A DNA stretch of 64,000 nt from Candidatus Micrarchaeia archaeon (GCA_038871515.1 JAVZHX010000001.1:248212-312211); one strand, 5' to 3'. Counted from the stretch's first letter, positions 18,192 through 28,119 are shown. The notes: generated from the letters alone by a model not told the origin. Translations and numbers: made by a program.

Positions 18192-19790
18192 GTGGGTTGG
18201 ATGAGTTTTTATAATGAGGAGGGGAGTGTTGAGAAGGCAGGCAGAGAGGTTGCAGAGCTTTTGCTTGCTGGAAAGATAAAAAATAAAGGTGAGCTTTGGG
18301 AGGCGAAGGTTAAAGCAAGCGAGAAGCATGGTGTTGCTGGCGTGATAAAAAACTCAGAGATAATTAAATGGATACCTGCTGAGAGGAGGAAGGAGTTTGC
18401 TGAGCTGGTTAGAATAAGGGCGGTGAGAACAATCTCTGGGGTGAATGTTATAGCAGTTATGACAAGAGGTGAGTGCCCCGGAAAATGCATTTACTGTCCA
18501 AGGGGGGAGAATGCACCGAAAAGCTATACGGGGAGGGAGCCTGCTGCAATGAGGGCAATTCAAAACGAATATGACCCGTTCAAGCAGGTTGTTTCAAGGG
18601 TGAAACAGCTTGAGGAGATTGGGCACAGGGTGAGCAAATGCGAGCTGATTATAATGGGTGGAACTTTCAATTCAATGCCGAAGGAGTATCAGGAGTGGTT
18701 TGTTAAGAGATGTTTTGATGCGATGAATGGGTTTGATTCAGAAAGTTTGGAGGAAGCAAAAGAAAGGAATGAGAACGCTGAGAGGAGGGTTGTTGGTTTA
18801 ACAATTGAGACAAGGCCGGATTGGGCAGGCGAGAGAGAGGTTGATGAACTGCTTCGCTACGGCACAACGAGAGTTGAGCTGGGAGTGCAGACGCTGGATG
18901 AGGAGGTTTATAAAAAGGTTAACAGAGGGCATGGTTTAAAGGAGGTTGTTGAGGCAACAAGGGTATGTAAAGACTCGCTTCTGAAAGTTCTTTACCACAT
19001 GATGCCTGGCTTGTTTTCTGATAAAGAGAGTGATTTGAGAAATTTCAGAGCTATTTTTGAGGATGAGAGGTTCAAGCCAGATATGCTGAAAATATATCCT
19101 TGTTTGGTGATGGAAGGAACTGAGTTATATGAGATGTGGAGGAGGGGGGAGTTCAAACCATATTCCCTTGAGGAGGCTGCGGATGTGATTGCAGAGGTTA
19201 TGAGAAGCATACCTCGCTACGTAAGGGTGATGAGGGTGCAGAGGGATATTCCTTCTTATTTGATTGCGGATGGAGTGAAAAAAAGCAATTTGAGGCAGAT
19301 TGTTGAGAGGAAGCTTGCTGAGCAAGGGATGCGGTGCAACTGCATAAGGTGCAGGGAGATAGGTTATAAAATTATGAAAGAGGGTATAGAGCCGGAGTTG
19401 GAAAGTGTTAAGTTGAACAGAATTGATTATGATGCTTCTGGAGGTAAGGAGATTTTTCTGAGTTTTGATGAGATGAAGCATGATGCGCTTGTTGGTTTTT
19501 TGAGGTTGAGGATTTTGTCTGAAAAGGCGCATAGAAAGGAGCTGAGGGGAGCTGCGGGAGTGAGGGAGCTTCATGTTTATGGGGAGATGCTTCCTGTCGG
19601 AGAGAAAAGAGTTAGTGAGTTTCAGCACATGGGGTTTGGGGAGAGGTTGCTTGAGGAAGCTGAGAGAGTTGCGAGGGAGGAGTTTGACTGCAGGAAGCTT
19701 GCGGTGATAAGCGGTGTTGGCGCTAGGGAGTATTACTTTAAGTTGGGTTATAAAAGAGATGGGGTGTATGTTTCAAAGGAGCTGGGGTAA
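18192..19790 (+). CDS. elp3: Elp3-like radical SAM plus GNAT tRNA modification enzyme
   Basis: CPGKCIYCP radical-SAM cluster motif, C-terminal acetyltransferase domain. Confidence 0.9.
   Translation: MGWMSFYNEEGSVEKAGREVAELLLAGKIKNKGELWEAKVKASEKHGVAGVIKNSEIIKWIPAERRKEFAELVRIRAVRTISGVNVIAVMTRGECPGKCIYCPRGENAPKSYTGREPAAMRAIQNEYDPFKQVVSRVKQLEEIGHRVSKCELIIMGGTFNSMPKEYQEWFVKRCFDAMNGFDSESLEEAKERNENAERRVVGLTIETRPDWAGEREVDELLRYGTTRVELGVQTLDEEVYKKVNRGHGLKEVVEATRVCKDSLLKVLYHMMPGLFSDKESDLRNFRAIFEDERFKPDMLKIYPCLVMEGTELYEMWRRGEFKPYSLEEAADVIAEVMRSIPRYVRVMRVQRDIPSYLIADGVKKSNLRQIVERKLAEQGMRCNCIRCREIGYKIMKEGIEPELESVKLNRIDYDASGGKEIFLSFDEMKHDALVGFLRLRILSEKAHRKELRGAAGVRELHVYGEMLPVGEKRVSEFQHMGFGERLLEEAERVAREEFDCRKLAVISGVGAREYYFKLGYKRDGVYVSKELG
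19488..19507 (+). repeat. 20-bp direct repeat copy 1 (CTTGTTGGTTTTTTGAGGTT) inside the elp3 3-prime region; putative att core
   Basis: Identical 20-mer recurs at 21143-21162, followed by about 85 percent identity for 50 further nt. Confidence 0.6.
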
Positions 19791-19836
19791 AAGGACAGTT
19801 CTTCAATCTAGAGGATAGAAATGGATATAAACATAT

Positions 19837-19867
19837 GCTAACAAAAATTTGTTAGCAATTGTTAGCA
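19837..19867. promoter_or_regulatory. Perfect palindrome GCTAACAAAAATTTGTTAGC plus an extra TTGTTAGC half-site directly upstream of the ATPase gene; candidate operator
   Basis: Seen directly; the same GCTAACAAA half-site recurs at the gene 3-prime end. Confidence 0.5.
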
Positions 19868-19876
19868 GGTTTTGAT

Positions 19877-21040
19877 ATGGTAAATCCCTTTACACCTGGT
19901 AACGGTATAGAGCCTCGATACTTGGCTGGCAGAGAGAGGCATATCGGTGAATTCATAAAATCTCTCCAAGCATCTGAAGATGGTTTACCAAGAAATATGG
20001 TTCTCTACGGTTTGCGTGGGACTGGAAAAACAGTGCTTTTAAGGCATTATGGGATAATTGCAGAAACAAAAAACTGGGTTTTTGTGGATAGAGAGTTTAA
20101 TGAAAGATACTGTGACGAAGCAGAGTTTGCCCAGATGTTTGGAAAAGATTTGGTGACATTAGCTTCAGAAGTTTCAATAAAAAAGAGGATAACGGAAACT
20201 GGGAAAAAGATTCTGGATTTCCTAAAACCAGAGGAGCTGAGTGCTTATGGCATTAGATATAGGCCATATTACGAGGATCGCGAAGGGATTCTGGAGGATT
20301 ATATAAGGGAGATGCTCCAATCGAACTGGTCTATTTTTGAAAAAGCGGACAAGAAAGGCGTGGTGTTTTTTTATGATGAATTCCACTCAATAAAAGACAG
20401 AAAAGAAGAGAAGCAGTACGTTCTATCCAGCCTTCTAGGTGCGTTATCCAGAGTTCAAAGAGAAGGGTATAGGTATTACCTGTGCCTTTCTGGTCTCCCA
20501 GCTATAAAAACGAATTTAAAAGAGGCCAAAACATATTCGGAGAGAATGTTTATTTTTCAGGATGTGGGAAACCTAAACCGCGAGGAATCAAGAAAAGCCT
20601 TGCTCGAACCGCTTAGTAAAACTCATTATAGTTTTGAGAATGAACTGGTAGATAGAATAATTGATGAAACAAAAGGCTATCCGTACTTTATCCAGTTTTA
20701 TGGCTACTTCCTGGTTGATGCTGTTGGTAGGAAGAGTATAAAACTTGGGGATTTGGAAACAAACAAAAATAAACTACTTGAGATGCTTGATAAAAGCTTT
20801 TTTGAGGATAGGTTTAACCTGGCTTCAGAAACTGAAAAAAAGGTTCTTGTATCTATGGCAAAATGTGGGGGTGATAAGGTAAGCGCAGCCCAACTTAAGA
20901 AAAAGGTGAGGATGAGCTATAAGTCTCTTCAGCAATACCTGTTTAGATTAATAGATAAGGGTTTAATTTATAGGGCTCAGAGGGGCTTCTATTCGTTTTC
21001 CATACCTTTATTTAGGGATTATCTTCTAAGACAAAGCTAA
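19877..21040 (+). CDS. Archaeal ATPase family protein (Arch_ATPase-type P-loop NTPase with C-terminal DUF234-like winged helix)
   Basis: N-terminal FTPGNGIEPRYLAGRERHIGEF, Walker A GLRGTGKT, Walker B VVFFYDEFH, C-terminal wHTH-like; probable ATG start at 19877. Confidence 0.65.
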   Translation: MVNPFTPGNGIEPRYLAGRERHIGEFIKSLQASEDGLPRNMVLYGLRGTGKTVLLRHYGIIAETKNWVFVDREFNERYCDEAEFAQMFGKDLVTLASEVSIKKRITETGKKILDFLKPEELSAYGIRYRPYYEDREGILEDYIREMLQSNWSIFEKADKKGVVFFYDEFHSIKDRKEEKQYVLSSLLGALSRVQREGYRYYLCLSGLPAIKTNLKEAKTYSERMFIFQDVGNLNREESRKALLEPLSKTHYSFENELVDRIIDETKGYPYFIQFYGYFLVDAVGRKSIKLGDLETNKNKLLEMLDKSFFEDRFNLASETEKKVLVSMAKCGGDKVSAAQLKKKVRMSYKSLQQYLFRLIDKGLIYRAQRGFYSFSIPLFRDYLLRQS

Positions 21041-21076
21041 CAAATACTAACATGCTCTTGTTATTCTTTGTTAGCT
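21035..21076. repeat. Inverted repeat AGCTAACAAA ... TTTGTTAGCT (22-nt spacer) overlapping the ATPase stop codon
   Basis: Seen directly; shares the half-site with the upstream palindrome. Confidence 0.5.
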
Positions 21077-21142
21077 TCAAGTTTTTTATCACCTGAACAC
21101 GCTGCTCAATACTGGGGTGGTTTATTAAAGGAGAGTGTCAAG

Positions 21143-21235
21143 CTTGTTGGTTTTTTGAGGTTAAGAATTCTTTCTGAAGAGGCGCATAGGGAGGAGCTGA
21201 AGGAAGCTGGGGTAATTAATTTATTTAAAGTGTAA
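21143..21235 (+). pseudogene. Displaced fragment of the elp3 3-prime end (begins with direct-repeat copy 2)
   Basis: Nucleotide-level homology to 19488-19560 (20/20 then about 85 percent); translates to LVGFLRLRILSEEAHREELKEAG, matching Elp3 residues LVGFLRLRILSEKAHRKELRGAAG. Confidence 0.6.
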
Positions 21236-21242
21236 AAGAATT

Positions 21243-21731
21243 ATGGAGTACGGAAGTTATAAGCTGCCTTGGAATAAGAGAAAGGTTGTTGTTCCTTTGC
21301 TGTTTACCGCTCTGCTCATTCTCTTTACTCTGGGTGCTCCTAACGAATTGCGAACGAAGGAAGTTGCAGTTCTTGGGTTGCTCTTTCTTCTACTTCTTGT
21401 CTCTCTCTTCTATTGTTCTCAGAGGGTAAAGGATTATGTGTATGAGGAAAGCTATGAGTGGATTAAAAGAAATATAAACTGCCCTGTTTGTGGAGGGAAG
21501 ATAACGAGATGTGAGAACGTATGGGGAGGCAGAGGTGGAGATATCTATGAGTTGCAGTGCGGGAATTGTAGGAAGGAGTTTATACTTACTCCTAAATTTG
21601 GTCGCTCTGGGCTTGTGCTTCAGGATAAAGCACCTGGAGCTTCTGCGAAAGTCTTGACACTGATATTTTTGATATCGATCGTGGTGATTGCAGTTATTGT
21701 TGTTTACTTTTTATTAAAAGGTAAGTGGTGA
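21243..21731 (+). CDS. Membrane protein with central Cys4 zinc ribbon (CPVCGGK...QCGNCRKEF), hypothetical
   Basis: N- and C-terminal TM helices flank a CxxC...CxxC module; paralog of 27538-28113. Confidence 0.45.
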   Translation: MEYGSYKLPWNKRKVVVPLLFTALLILFTLGAPNELRTKEVAVLGLLFLLLLVSLFYCSQRVKDYVYEESYEWIKRNINCPVCGGKITRCENVWGGRGGDIYELQCGNCRKEFILTPKFGRSGLVLQDKAPGASAKVLTLIFLISIVVIAVIVVYFLLKGKW

Positions 21732-21909
21732 GCGCTTTATGGTTGGGATGTAACCATGGTTACAAATGAAAGAGAGTTGATGTGGTGAATGGTGAATTTT
21801 CAATAAAGGCGTTTGCACAGATAAGCGAGGATAAAGTTTCGATAGTTGGGGGGTTCTACGCAAATTTAGATATGGGGTATAATAATAAGGAAGATGAAAA
21901 GGTGATAAT

Positions 21910-23226
21910 ATGTATTCCAAAAAAATTCAGGATAGGTTGAAATCACTTGGTGTTGAAGTTGGAGACACAGTTAAAGTGAAAAGAGGGGAGGAGGTTTATG
22001 AGGGAATATTGATGCCTAAAACCGAGCTTGGCGACCCAAACACAATTGTTATAAAACTCCAAAACGGCTACTCAATAGGTTTAAGCTTTGAGGGATTGGA
22101 AATTGAAAAGCTCGGGGGACATAGGAAAATAGGCTTCAAAAGCAGCGAGGAAAAAATGAAGCATGAGGCTGGAAAGCCAATTCTTTCAATAATAAGCACA
22201 GGCGGAACAGTTGCCTCTAGAGTTGATTACACAACAGGAGGTGTTTACGCATCTTATACTGCAGCTGATTTGGTTGCAACTGTCCCTGAGCTGAAGCAGT
22301 TCAACATTGACTCAAAGCTGCTTTTTAGCATAATGAGCGAGGATATGACTCCGCAGCACTGGAGAGAGATGGCAAAGGAAGTTTATAAACAATTAAAAGG
22401 TGAGGCAAGCGGTGTTGTTGTAACACACGGAACAGACACGATGCACTTCTCAACAGCTGCTCTTAGCTTCATGCTGAAAAATTTGAACAAGCCAGTTGTT
22501 TTCACTGGAGCGCAAAGATCAAGCGACAGGGGTTCAAGCGATTCTTTCATGAATCTGCTTTGTGCTGCCCACTTTGCAGCAAGAAGCGATGTTGCGGAAG
22601 TTTCCCTTGTTATGCACGGCTCCTCCAATGATGACTTCTGCTATGCGCACAGAGGAACAAAGGTGAGAAAGCTGCACACTTCAAAGAGAGATGCGTTCAA
22701 AAGTGTGAATGATGAGCCAATTGCAAAAGTTTTTCCAAACGGAAGAATTGAGGTGATTAACAAAAACTACAGAAGAAGAAGCGACTCAGAGGTTTCTCTT
22801 GATGACAAGCTTGAGGAGAAAGTTGCCTTAATTAAAGTTTACCCTGGAATTAACCCAGAGATATTTGATTTTTATCTTGAAAGAAAGTTTAAGGGAATTG
22901 TGATTGAGGGAACTGGCTTGGGGCATGTGCCAACAACAATTGAAAAGTATTCACTAATACCAAAAATAAAAGAAGCGACAAAAAATGGAATTCCTGTCTG
23001 CATAACCTCCCAGTGCATATTTGGAAGGGTGCATGAGTTCGTTTACGCAAATCTTAGGAAGGAGTATGAGGCAGGAGCAGTTTTCTGCGGTGACATGCTT
23101 CCAGAGGTTGCATATGTTAAGTTGATGTACGTTTTAGCTCATACAAAGGAATTGGAGGAAGTTAAGAAAATGATGTTAACCAACCTTGCTGGAGAGCTTA
23201 ATGAAAAAACTCCGGTGTTTGAGTGA
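21910..23226 (+). CDS. gatD: Glu-tRNA(Gln) amidotransferase subunit D
   Basis: Asparaginase-like domain with SIISTGGTVAS; followed by overlapping gatE. Confidence 0.9.
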   Translation: MYSKKIQDRLKSLGVEVGDTVKVKRGEEVYEGILMPKTELGDPNTIVIKLQNGYSIGLSFEGLEIEKLGGHRKIGFKSSEEKMKHEAGKPILSIISTGGTVASRVDYTTGGVYASYTAADLVATVPELKQFNIDSKLLFSIMSEDMTPQHWREMAKEVYKQLKGEASGVVVTHGTDTMHFSTAALSFMLKNLNKPVVFTGAQRSSDRGSSDSFMNLLCAAHFAARSDVAEVSLVMHGSSNDDFCYAHRGTKVRKLHTSKRDAFKSVNDEPIAKVFPNGRIEVINKNYRRRSDSEVSLDDKLEEKVALIKVYPGINPEIFDFYLERKFKGIVIEGTGLGHVPTTIEKYSLIPKIKEATKNGIPVCITSQCIFGRVHEFVYANLRKEYEAGAVFCGDMLPEVAYVKLMYVLAHTKELEEVKKMMLTNLAGELNEKTPVFE

Positions 23227-25040
23227 AATGCGGGATTGAGATTCACCAGAGGCTTGCAACAGAGAAGAAGCTTTTCTGCAGCTGCTCAGCTCAGCCAAGC
23301 GAGGAGAAGCCGGCTGGGGAGGTTGTGAGAAAACAGATAGCGGTTGCAGGTGAGCTTGGGGAGGTTGACTTGGCTGCTCTGCACGAGTACTCCCGTGACA
23401 GAACCTACCACTACCAACTATTCCCTGGAGCAACCTGCTTGGTTGAGCTTGATGAGGAGCCGCCTCATGAGATGAATAAGGAGGCTTTGGAAACCGCAAT
23501 TGAGGTTTGCCTTCTTCTCAACTCAAAAGTGGTTGATGAAGTGCAGGTGATGAGGAAAACAGTTATAGATGGAAGCAATACCTCTGGCTTCCAGAGAACT
23601 GCGATAATTGGAATTGGTGGTTTTATTGAGACAAGCAAAGGAAAAGTTTGTATACAAACAGTTTGTCTTGAGGAGGAAAGCGCAGGGATAGTTGCGGAGA
23701 GCAACGGACACATCACTTATAGATTAGACAGGCTGGGTATTCCTCTCATTGAAATTGCAACAGCTGCTGAGATAAAGGATGGGAAGCACGCAAGGGAAGT
23801 TGCTGAGAGAATAGGGATGCTTCTCAGGATGACAGGCAAGGTGCAGAGGGGAATTGGAACGATAAGGCAGGATATAAACATATCAATACCTGATGGAGCA
23901 AGGGTTGAGGTGAAGGGAGCGCAGGAGCTTGGGTTGATAGAGAAAATAATTGAGAAGGAAGTTGAGAGGCAGAGGAAACTTTTGGAGATAAAGGAGGAGT
24001 TGAAAAGAAGGTTTGGAGAGATGAAACTTGAAAAACCTCATTTCATTGATTTGACTGAACTATTCAAAAATACGGACTGCAGGTTCGTAAGGAAAGCAGT
24101 TGATGAAGGAGGGGTTGTGCTTGCGATGAAGCTTGAAAAATTTGGCGGGTTGCTTGGGGAGGAGCTTTATGAGAACAGAAGGTTTGGAACAGAATTAAGT
24201 GATTACGCTGTTGCAAAAGCAGGAGTTGGTGGGATAATTCACAGCGATGAGAAGCTTGAGAGGTATGGAATACGCGAAGAGGATGAAAAGAAGTTGAGAG
24301 GTAAGTTGAAAGCAGGGAAGGAAGATTCTTTTGTGATTGTTGTTGGGAAAAAGGAAATTTGTGAGAAAGCGCTTGAAGCAGTTTATGAAAGAGCGCTGAA
24401 TGCATTTGAGGGACCACAGAAGGAGGTTAGAAAGGTTCTCCCAGATGGAGGGACTGCCTACATGAGGCCAATGCCCGGAAGCGCAAGGTTATACCCTGAG
24501 ACAGATGTTCCCCCAATAAAAATAGAAAGGAAGTTAATTGAGAAAATAAAAGGAGAGCTTCCTGAAACTCCTGAGGAAAGAGAAAAGAAGCTTATGAAAA
24601 TTCTGAACCCAGAGCTTGCAAGAAAGATAATTGTTTCTGAGAATTATCATTTATTTGAGAAAATTGTGAATGAGCTGAAAGTTGAGCCAAAGTTGGTTGC
24701 AATGACGCTGGAGGAAACAATTGTGAGCTTGAGAAGGGAGGGAGCACCTGTTGAGAATTTGAATGAGAATAAGTTGATGGAGCTGTTCATTGAGTATAAA
24801 TGCGGCAGATTTGTGAAAGCAGCAATACCAGAAATTTTGAGGTATATTTCAAAAAACTCAACTGAAAGTGTTTCATACGCAGTTGGAAAGTTGAAGCTTG
24901 AAAAGATGAGTGAGGAGGAGTTAAAAGGAATTATAGAGAAGAAGAAAAAGGAAGGGAAGAAAGGAAAGGAGTTGGTTGAGGAGATAATGAGGGAATACAG
25001 GTTAAGGGTTGATGCAGGGGAAGTTTCTAGATATATTTAA
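23223..25040 (+). CDS. gatE: Glu-tRNA(Gln) amidotransferase subunit E
   Basis: N-terminal MKCGIEIHQRL...LFCSC GatE signature, GatB/YqeY-like C-terminus. Confidence 0.9.
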   Translation: MKCGIEIHQRLATEKKLFCSCSAQPSEEKPAGEVVRKQIAVAGELGEVDLAALHEYSRDRTYHYQLFPGATCLVELDEEPPHEMNKEALETAIEVCLLLNSKVVDEVQVMRKTVIDGSNTSGFQRTAIIGIGGFIETSKGKVCIQTVCLEEESAGIVAESNGHITYRLDRLGIPLIEIATAAEIKDGKHAREVAERIGMLLRMTGKVQRGIGTIRQDINISIPDGARVEVKGAQELGLIEKIIEKEVERQRKLLEIKEELKRRFGEMKLEKPHFIDLTELFKNTDCRFVRKAVDEGGVVLAMKLEKFGGLLGEELYENRRFGTELSDYAVAKAGVGGIIHSDEKLERYGIREEDEKKLRGKLKAGKEDSFVIVVGKKEICEKALEAVYERALNAFEGPQKEVRKVLPDGGTAYMRPMPGSARLYPETDVPPIKIERKLIEKIKGELPETPEEREKKLMKILNPELARKIIVSENYHLFEKIVNELKVEPKLVAMTLEETIVSLRREGAPVENLNENKLMELFIEYKCGRFVKAAIPEILRYISKNSTESVSYAVGKLKLEKMSEEELKGIIEKKKKEGKKGKELVEEIMREYRLRVDAGEVSRYI

Positions 25041-25706
25041 TCACTCCACTGCTTTCAGAAACTCAACTGCTATTTTTCTAACTTCTTCTGTGCTCTTTAT
25101 TCCCTTCCACGGGTCATCTGGCTCAACCACATTGACAACAACTATATCCGCCCCATTGAAAACAGCACTCTGAGCTTCTCTTAAATCAACTCCCCCAGCC
25201 GCAGATATCAAAACATCAAACTTGCTCTTTATCCTCCTTATGTGTCTGTACTGTATCACTTTTCCTCTCACCGTCTCCTCATCCCTCCCCAGGTGCAGTA
25301 TAACAACGTCTGGCGGTTGCCTTAGCTGCATAAGCACTTTCAACGGATCAACCACATTCAGCATGTCTATCATTGAGATTAAACCATACTGCTTGCACGT
25401 TTTTATGAAAAGCTCAATTGTTTCTTTGGAAGCTGCGCCGAGCACTGTTGCTCCCTTTGCCCCTGCGCTCGCAACCTCCTGAACTTCCTCCAGAGCGCCA
25501 TCCATTGTCTTTATATCCGCAACCACTATGCCTGGCCACCTGCTCACAATATAATAAATTCCCTCCTGCCCCTCCCTTTTTATGAAAGGAGTTCCAGCTT
25601 CAATTATTATTCTTTCATTAAAAGGAATTTGAGGGAGAATTCTGTTCACATCACGCACATTATCGTTGAACGCTATCTGCAAGTAGCGTTTCCCTTTTTC
25701 AAGCAT
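25041..25706 (-). CDS. Orotidine-5-phosphate-decarboxylase-fold enzyme, 3-hexulose-6-phosphate synthase-like (HPS/KGPDC family)
   Basis: LQIAFND..., IIEAGTPFI, VADIKTMD, ISAAGGV... pattern typical of HPS. Confidence 0.55.
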   Translation of the reverse strand: MLEKGKRYLQIAFNDNVRDVNRILPQIPFNERIIIEAGTPFIKREGQEGIYYIVSRWPGIVVADIKTMDGALEEVQEVASAGAKGATVLGAASKETIELFIKTCKQYGLISMIDMLNVVDPLKVLMQLRQPPDVVILHLGRDEETVRGKVIQYRHIRRIKSKFDVLISAAGGVDLREAQSAVFNGADIVVVNVVEPDDPWKGIKSTEEVRKIAVEFLKAVE

Positions 25707-25719
25707 GCTACCAACTGCG

Positions 25720-26475
25720 TTATTTCAGCTTCTCTATAAGCCCCTTCAGCTCGGTTGGAAGGAAAATCACTATTTTTTCAGATGGGTCTGCAGCTATCTC
25801 CGCAATCGTCTGCAGTGTTCTCAGATGCAACGCTCCCTCGCTCTTTGAAAGGTTTTCTGCTGCTTTCATAAGGTTCTTTGAGGCAGCCAGCTCTCCCTCT
25901 GACTTGATAACAGTTGCCCTCCTATCTCTCTCTGCCTCTGCCTGCTTTGCCATCGCCCTCTTCATTTCAGCAGGAAGCTCAATCTCCTGTATCTTTATTG
26001 CAGAAATATCCACTCCCCACTCAGAAGTTTCTGCATCAACAATCTTCTTTATGCTCTCCGCTATCTGCTCCCTCTGCGTGAGAACAACGTCAAGCTCGCT
26101 GTTACCAACAACATCTCTTAACGCAGCTTGCGTGTACTGGGAAACTGCAAAGTGGTAATCCTCTATTTTAATCACCGCATCCTCTGGCTTCTCAACCCTG
26201 AAGTAGACAACTGTGTTTGCCATTATTGGCACATTATCCTTCGTAATTATCTCCTGCTTCGGCACATCTGTTGTGGTTATTCTCATATCCACTATGCGTA
26301 TTTCCTGTATTATTGGTATAATCACGGTTAAACCGGGCTCTCTGACTCCGCTGAACTTACCCAAAGTGAAAACAACCCCTCGCTGGTACTCATATATCAC
26401 TCTCACAGCGGTGATGAGAAACACCGCAACCAGGAATATGCCACCGCATATTATCCCAAACAAGTCTGCTGCCAT
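25720..26475 (-). CDS. SPFH/band-7 (stomatin/prohibitin-like) membrane protein
   Basis: N-terminal TM, RVIYEYQRGVVFTLGKF and coiled-coil AKQAEAERD region. Confidence 0.8.
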   Translation of the reverse strand: MAADLFGIICGGIFLVAVFLITAVRVIYEYQRGVVFTLGKFSGVREPGLTVIIPIIQEIRIVDMRITTTDVPKQEIITKDNVPIMANTVVYFRVEKPEDAVIKIEDYHFAVSQYTQAALRDVVGNSELDVVLTQREQIAESIKKIVDAETSEWGVDISAIKIQEIELPAEMKRAMAKQAEAERDRRATVIKSEGELAASKNLMKAAENLSKSEGALHLRTLQTIAEIAADPSEKIVIFLPTELKGLIEKLK

Positions 26476-26565
26476 GCTTCACAATAACGCAGTTCGTATA
26501 TTAAAAAATATCGTTCAAAAGGAAAATAATGTATGTAAGATAAAGGAAATGCATTGGGTGATTGA

Positions 26566-27495
26566 GTGAATTTTAAAAGTATTATAAAAACTTCATTAAT
26601 ACCATTCGGGGTGCTAATTGGTCTTTATCTTATAGATTCTTTTTTGGGGTTGATTATAAAAGATAAACAAGGTGCTTTAGTTGACTCCCTAGATTTTGTG
26701 AGTATGGTAATAGCCATAGGCATCTACCCAATTACGGGTTATATAGTAGTTAAGAAATTTAGGTTGGACATTGCGAGCGCAGCATTAGGTGTTGCGATAG
26801 GTGCGTTTCTGGGAATTTCAGTTAGCACCGTAATTCACCTTATCCTCACTCTTGGGTTGGGCATACCGGCAGTTGGCTTGAAACCATCTGCCTATGCACT
26901 ATACCCCAATGCTGGAGTTAAGGAAATAACTGACTATGTCCTATTTGAAGCGCTGGACACGGCTTTTACAACAGTAGTCGGGGCGGTATTGGCAGCGATA
27001 GGAGCGGCTGTTGCAAAGGCTCTGGGAGCTAGCACTTCAGAAAAAAGCTTCGTTTTTGGTGCTGCAATACTCCCAATTTGCGCATTGGTGGTTGTTTTCA
27101 CAATAAAGGAACTCTTTAGCCTGCTTTTTCACAAATTCGCAATTCTGCTGTGTTTCGGAGAGATTGCGATGTGGTGGATAAACATTGTAGTTTATGTATG
27201 GACAGGTTATAACGCAGCCAAGAAATTTGGAGCGAATATTATTTCGGCAGCGTTTACTGGAACGGTGGTTGGTTTCATCGCAACTTCAATTGACGGGATA
27301 ATCCGTCTTGTGTTGATTTACGCCCTTCTGGTGATGATGGGGCCTTCGCCATTTGCGCAAGAGGTCGTTGGGATTACTGGAGAGATGACGCTGTTCTTCT
27401 TTGTTGGGGTTTCGATAGCAGTGATTATAATGTCTGCAGTAGGAACCGTGCTTGCTGCCATAGGTGGAGTGCTAGGTGGCGCAATGAGAAAATAA
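26566..27495 (+). CDS. Hypothetical polytopic membrane protein (Gly/Ala-rich helices)
   Basis: Multiple hydrophobic segments; no motif recognised. Confidence 0.35.
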   Translation: MNFKSIIKTSLIPFGVLIGLYLIDSFLGLIIKDKQGALVDSLDFVSMVIAIGIYPITGYIVVKKFRLDIASAALGVAIGAFLGISVSTVIHLILTLGLGIPAVGLKPSAYALYPNAGVKEITDYVLFEALDTAFTTVVGAVLAAIGAAVAKALGASTSEKSFVFGAAILPICALVVVFTIKELFSLLFHKFAILLCFGEIAMWWINIVVYVWTGYNAAKKFGANIISAAFTGTVVGFIATSIDGIIRLVLIYALLVMMGPSPFAQEVVGITGEMTLFFFVGVSIAVIIMSAVGTVLAAIGGVLGGAMRK

Positions 27496-27537
27496 TGTGT
27501 TCAAAAGTCGTTTTAAAGAAACAAATTAATACTCCGG

Positions 27538-28113
27538 ATGAGTTTTACTTGTATGGGATATGAGGAAACAGAGTGGCAGCCACCCCTCAGCGTCCTTCTT
27601 AAGGACCCTTCTGGCTTGCTGCAAGCTCTGATTGGTGTGGCAGTTGTTATCATGTTACTGGACACTGCATTTCCAAGCGATGTTTGGCGGGGGTACATGT
27701 GGTGGCTCCTTCCACCCCTTATATTACTTTTTGTTTTCTGTCTTCTGAGGCAGTATTTGTTTAGGGGAATTGGAAGTCCAATTGGCGCTTGGATTTTGGA
27801 GAATATCAGATGCCCAGCGTGCAATGGAAAGTTGGGAAGCTATGTGCTTGGTGAACCAGCATACATGTCTTCTAGACAGTCCGGTACTAGATACACGGCA
27901 CAATGCGGAAACTGCAAGAAGAAATTTGTATTTGGCTGGACGTTGATTGCACCAAATATTTATCTAATTGGAGAGGTTGACGAGAAAATGGAGAGGGAGT
28001 ATGTTGAGGAGATGAAGAAGGCAAGAAATGTTGGGTTGATTATTATACTGATATTTCTCGGGCTGATTATAATTGCATTCGTGTATTTTGTTCTAAGATA
28101 CTTGATTACTTGA
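27538..28113 (+). CDS. Membrane protein with central Cys4 zinc ribbon (CPACNGK...QCGNCKKKF); paralog of 21243-21731
   Basis: Same TM - Zn ribbon - TM architecture and conserved QCGNC(R/K)K(E/K)F motif. Confidence 0.45.
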   Translation: MSFTCMGYEETEWQPPLSVLLKDPSGLLQALIGVAVVIMLLDTAFPSDVWRGYMWWLLPPLILLFVFCLLRQYLFRGIGSPIGAWILENIRCPACNGKLGSYVLGEPAYMSSRQSGTRYTAQCGNCKKKFVFGWTLIAPNIYLIGEVDEKMEREYVEEMKKARNVGLIIILIFLGLIIIAFVYFVLRYLIT

Positions 28114-28119
28114 TAAGGA

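Noticed and set aside
19859-19876. ORF-track start of the ATPase gene at 19859 (TTG translated as M)
   Set aside because: It lies within the upstream palindrome; the in-frame ATG at 19877 (MVNPFTPGN) is the more plausible start
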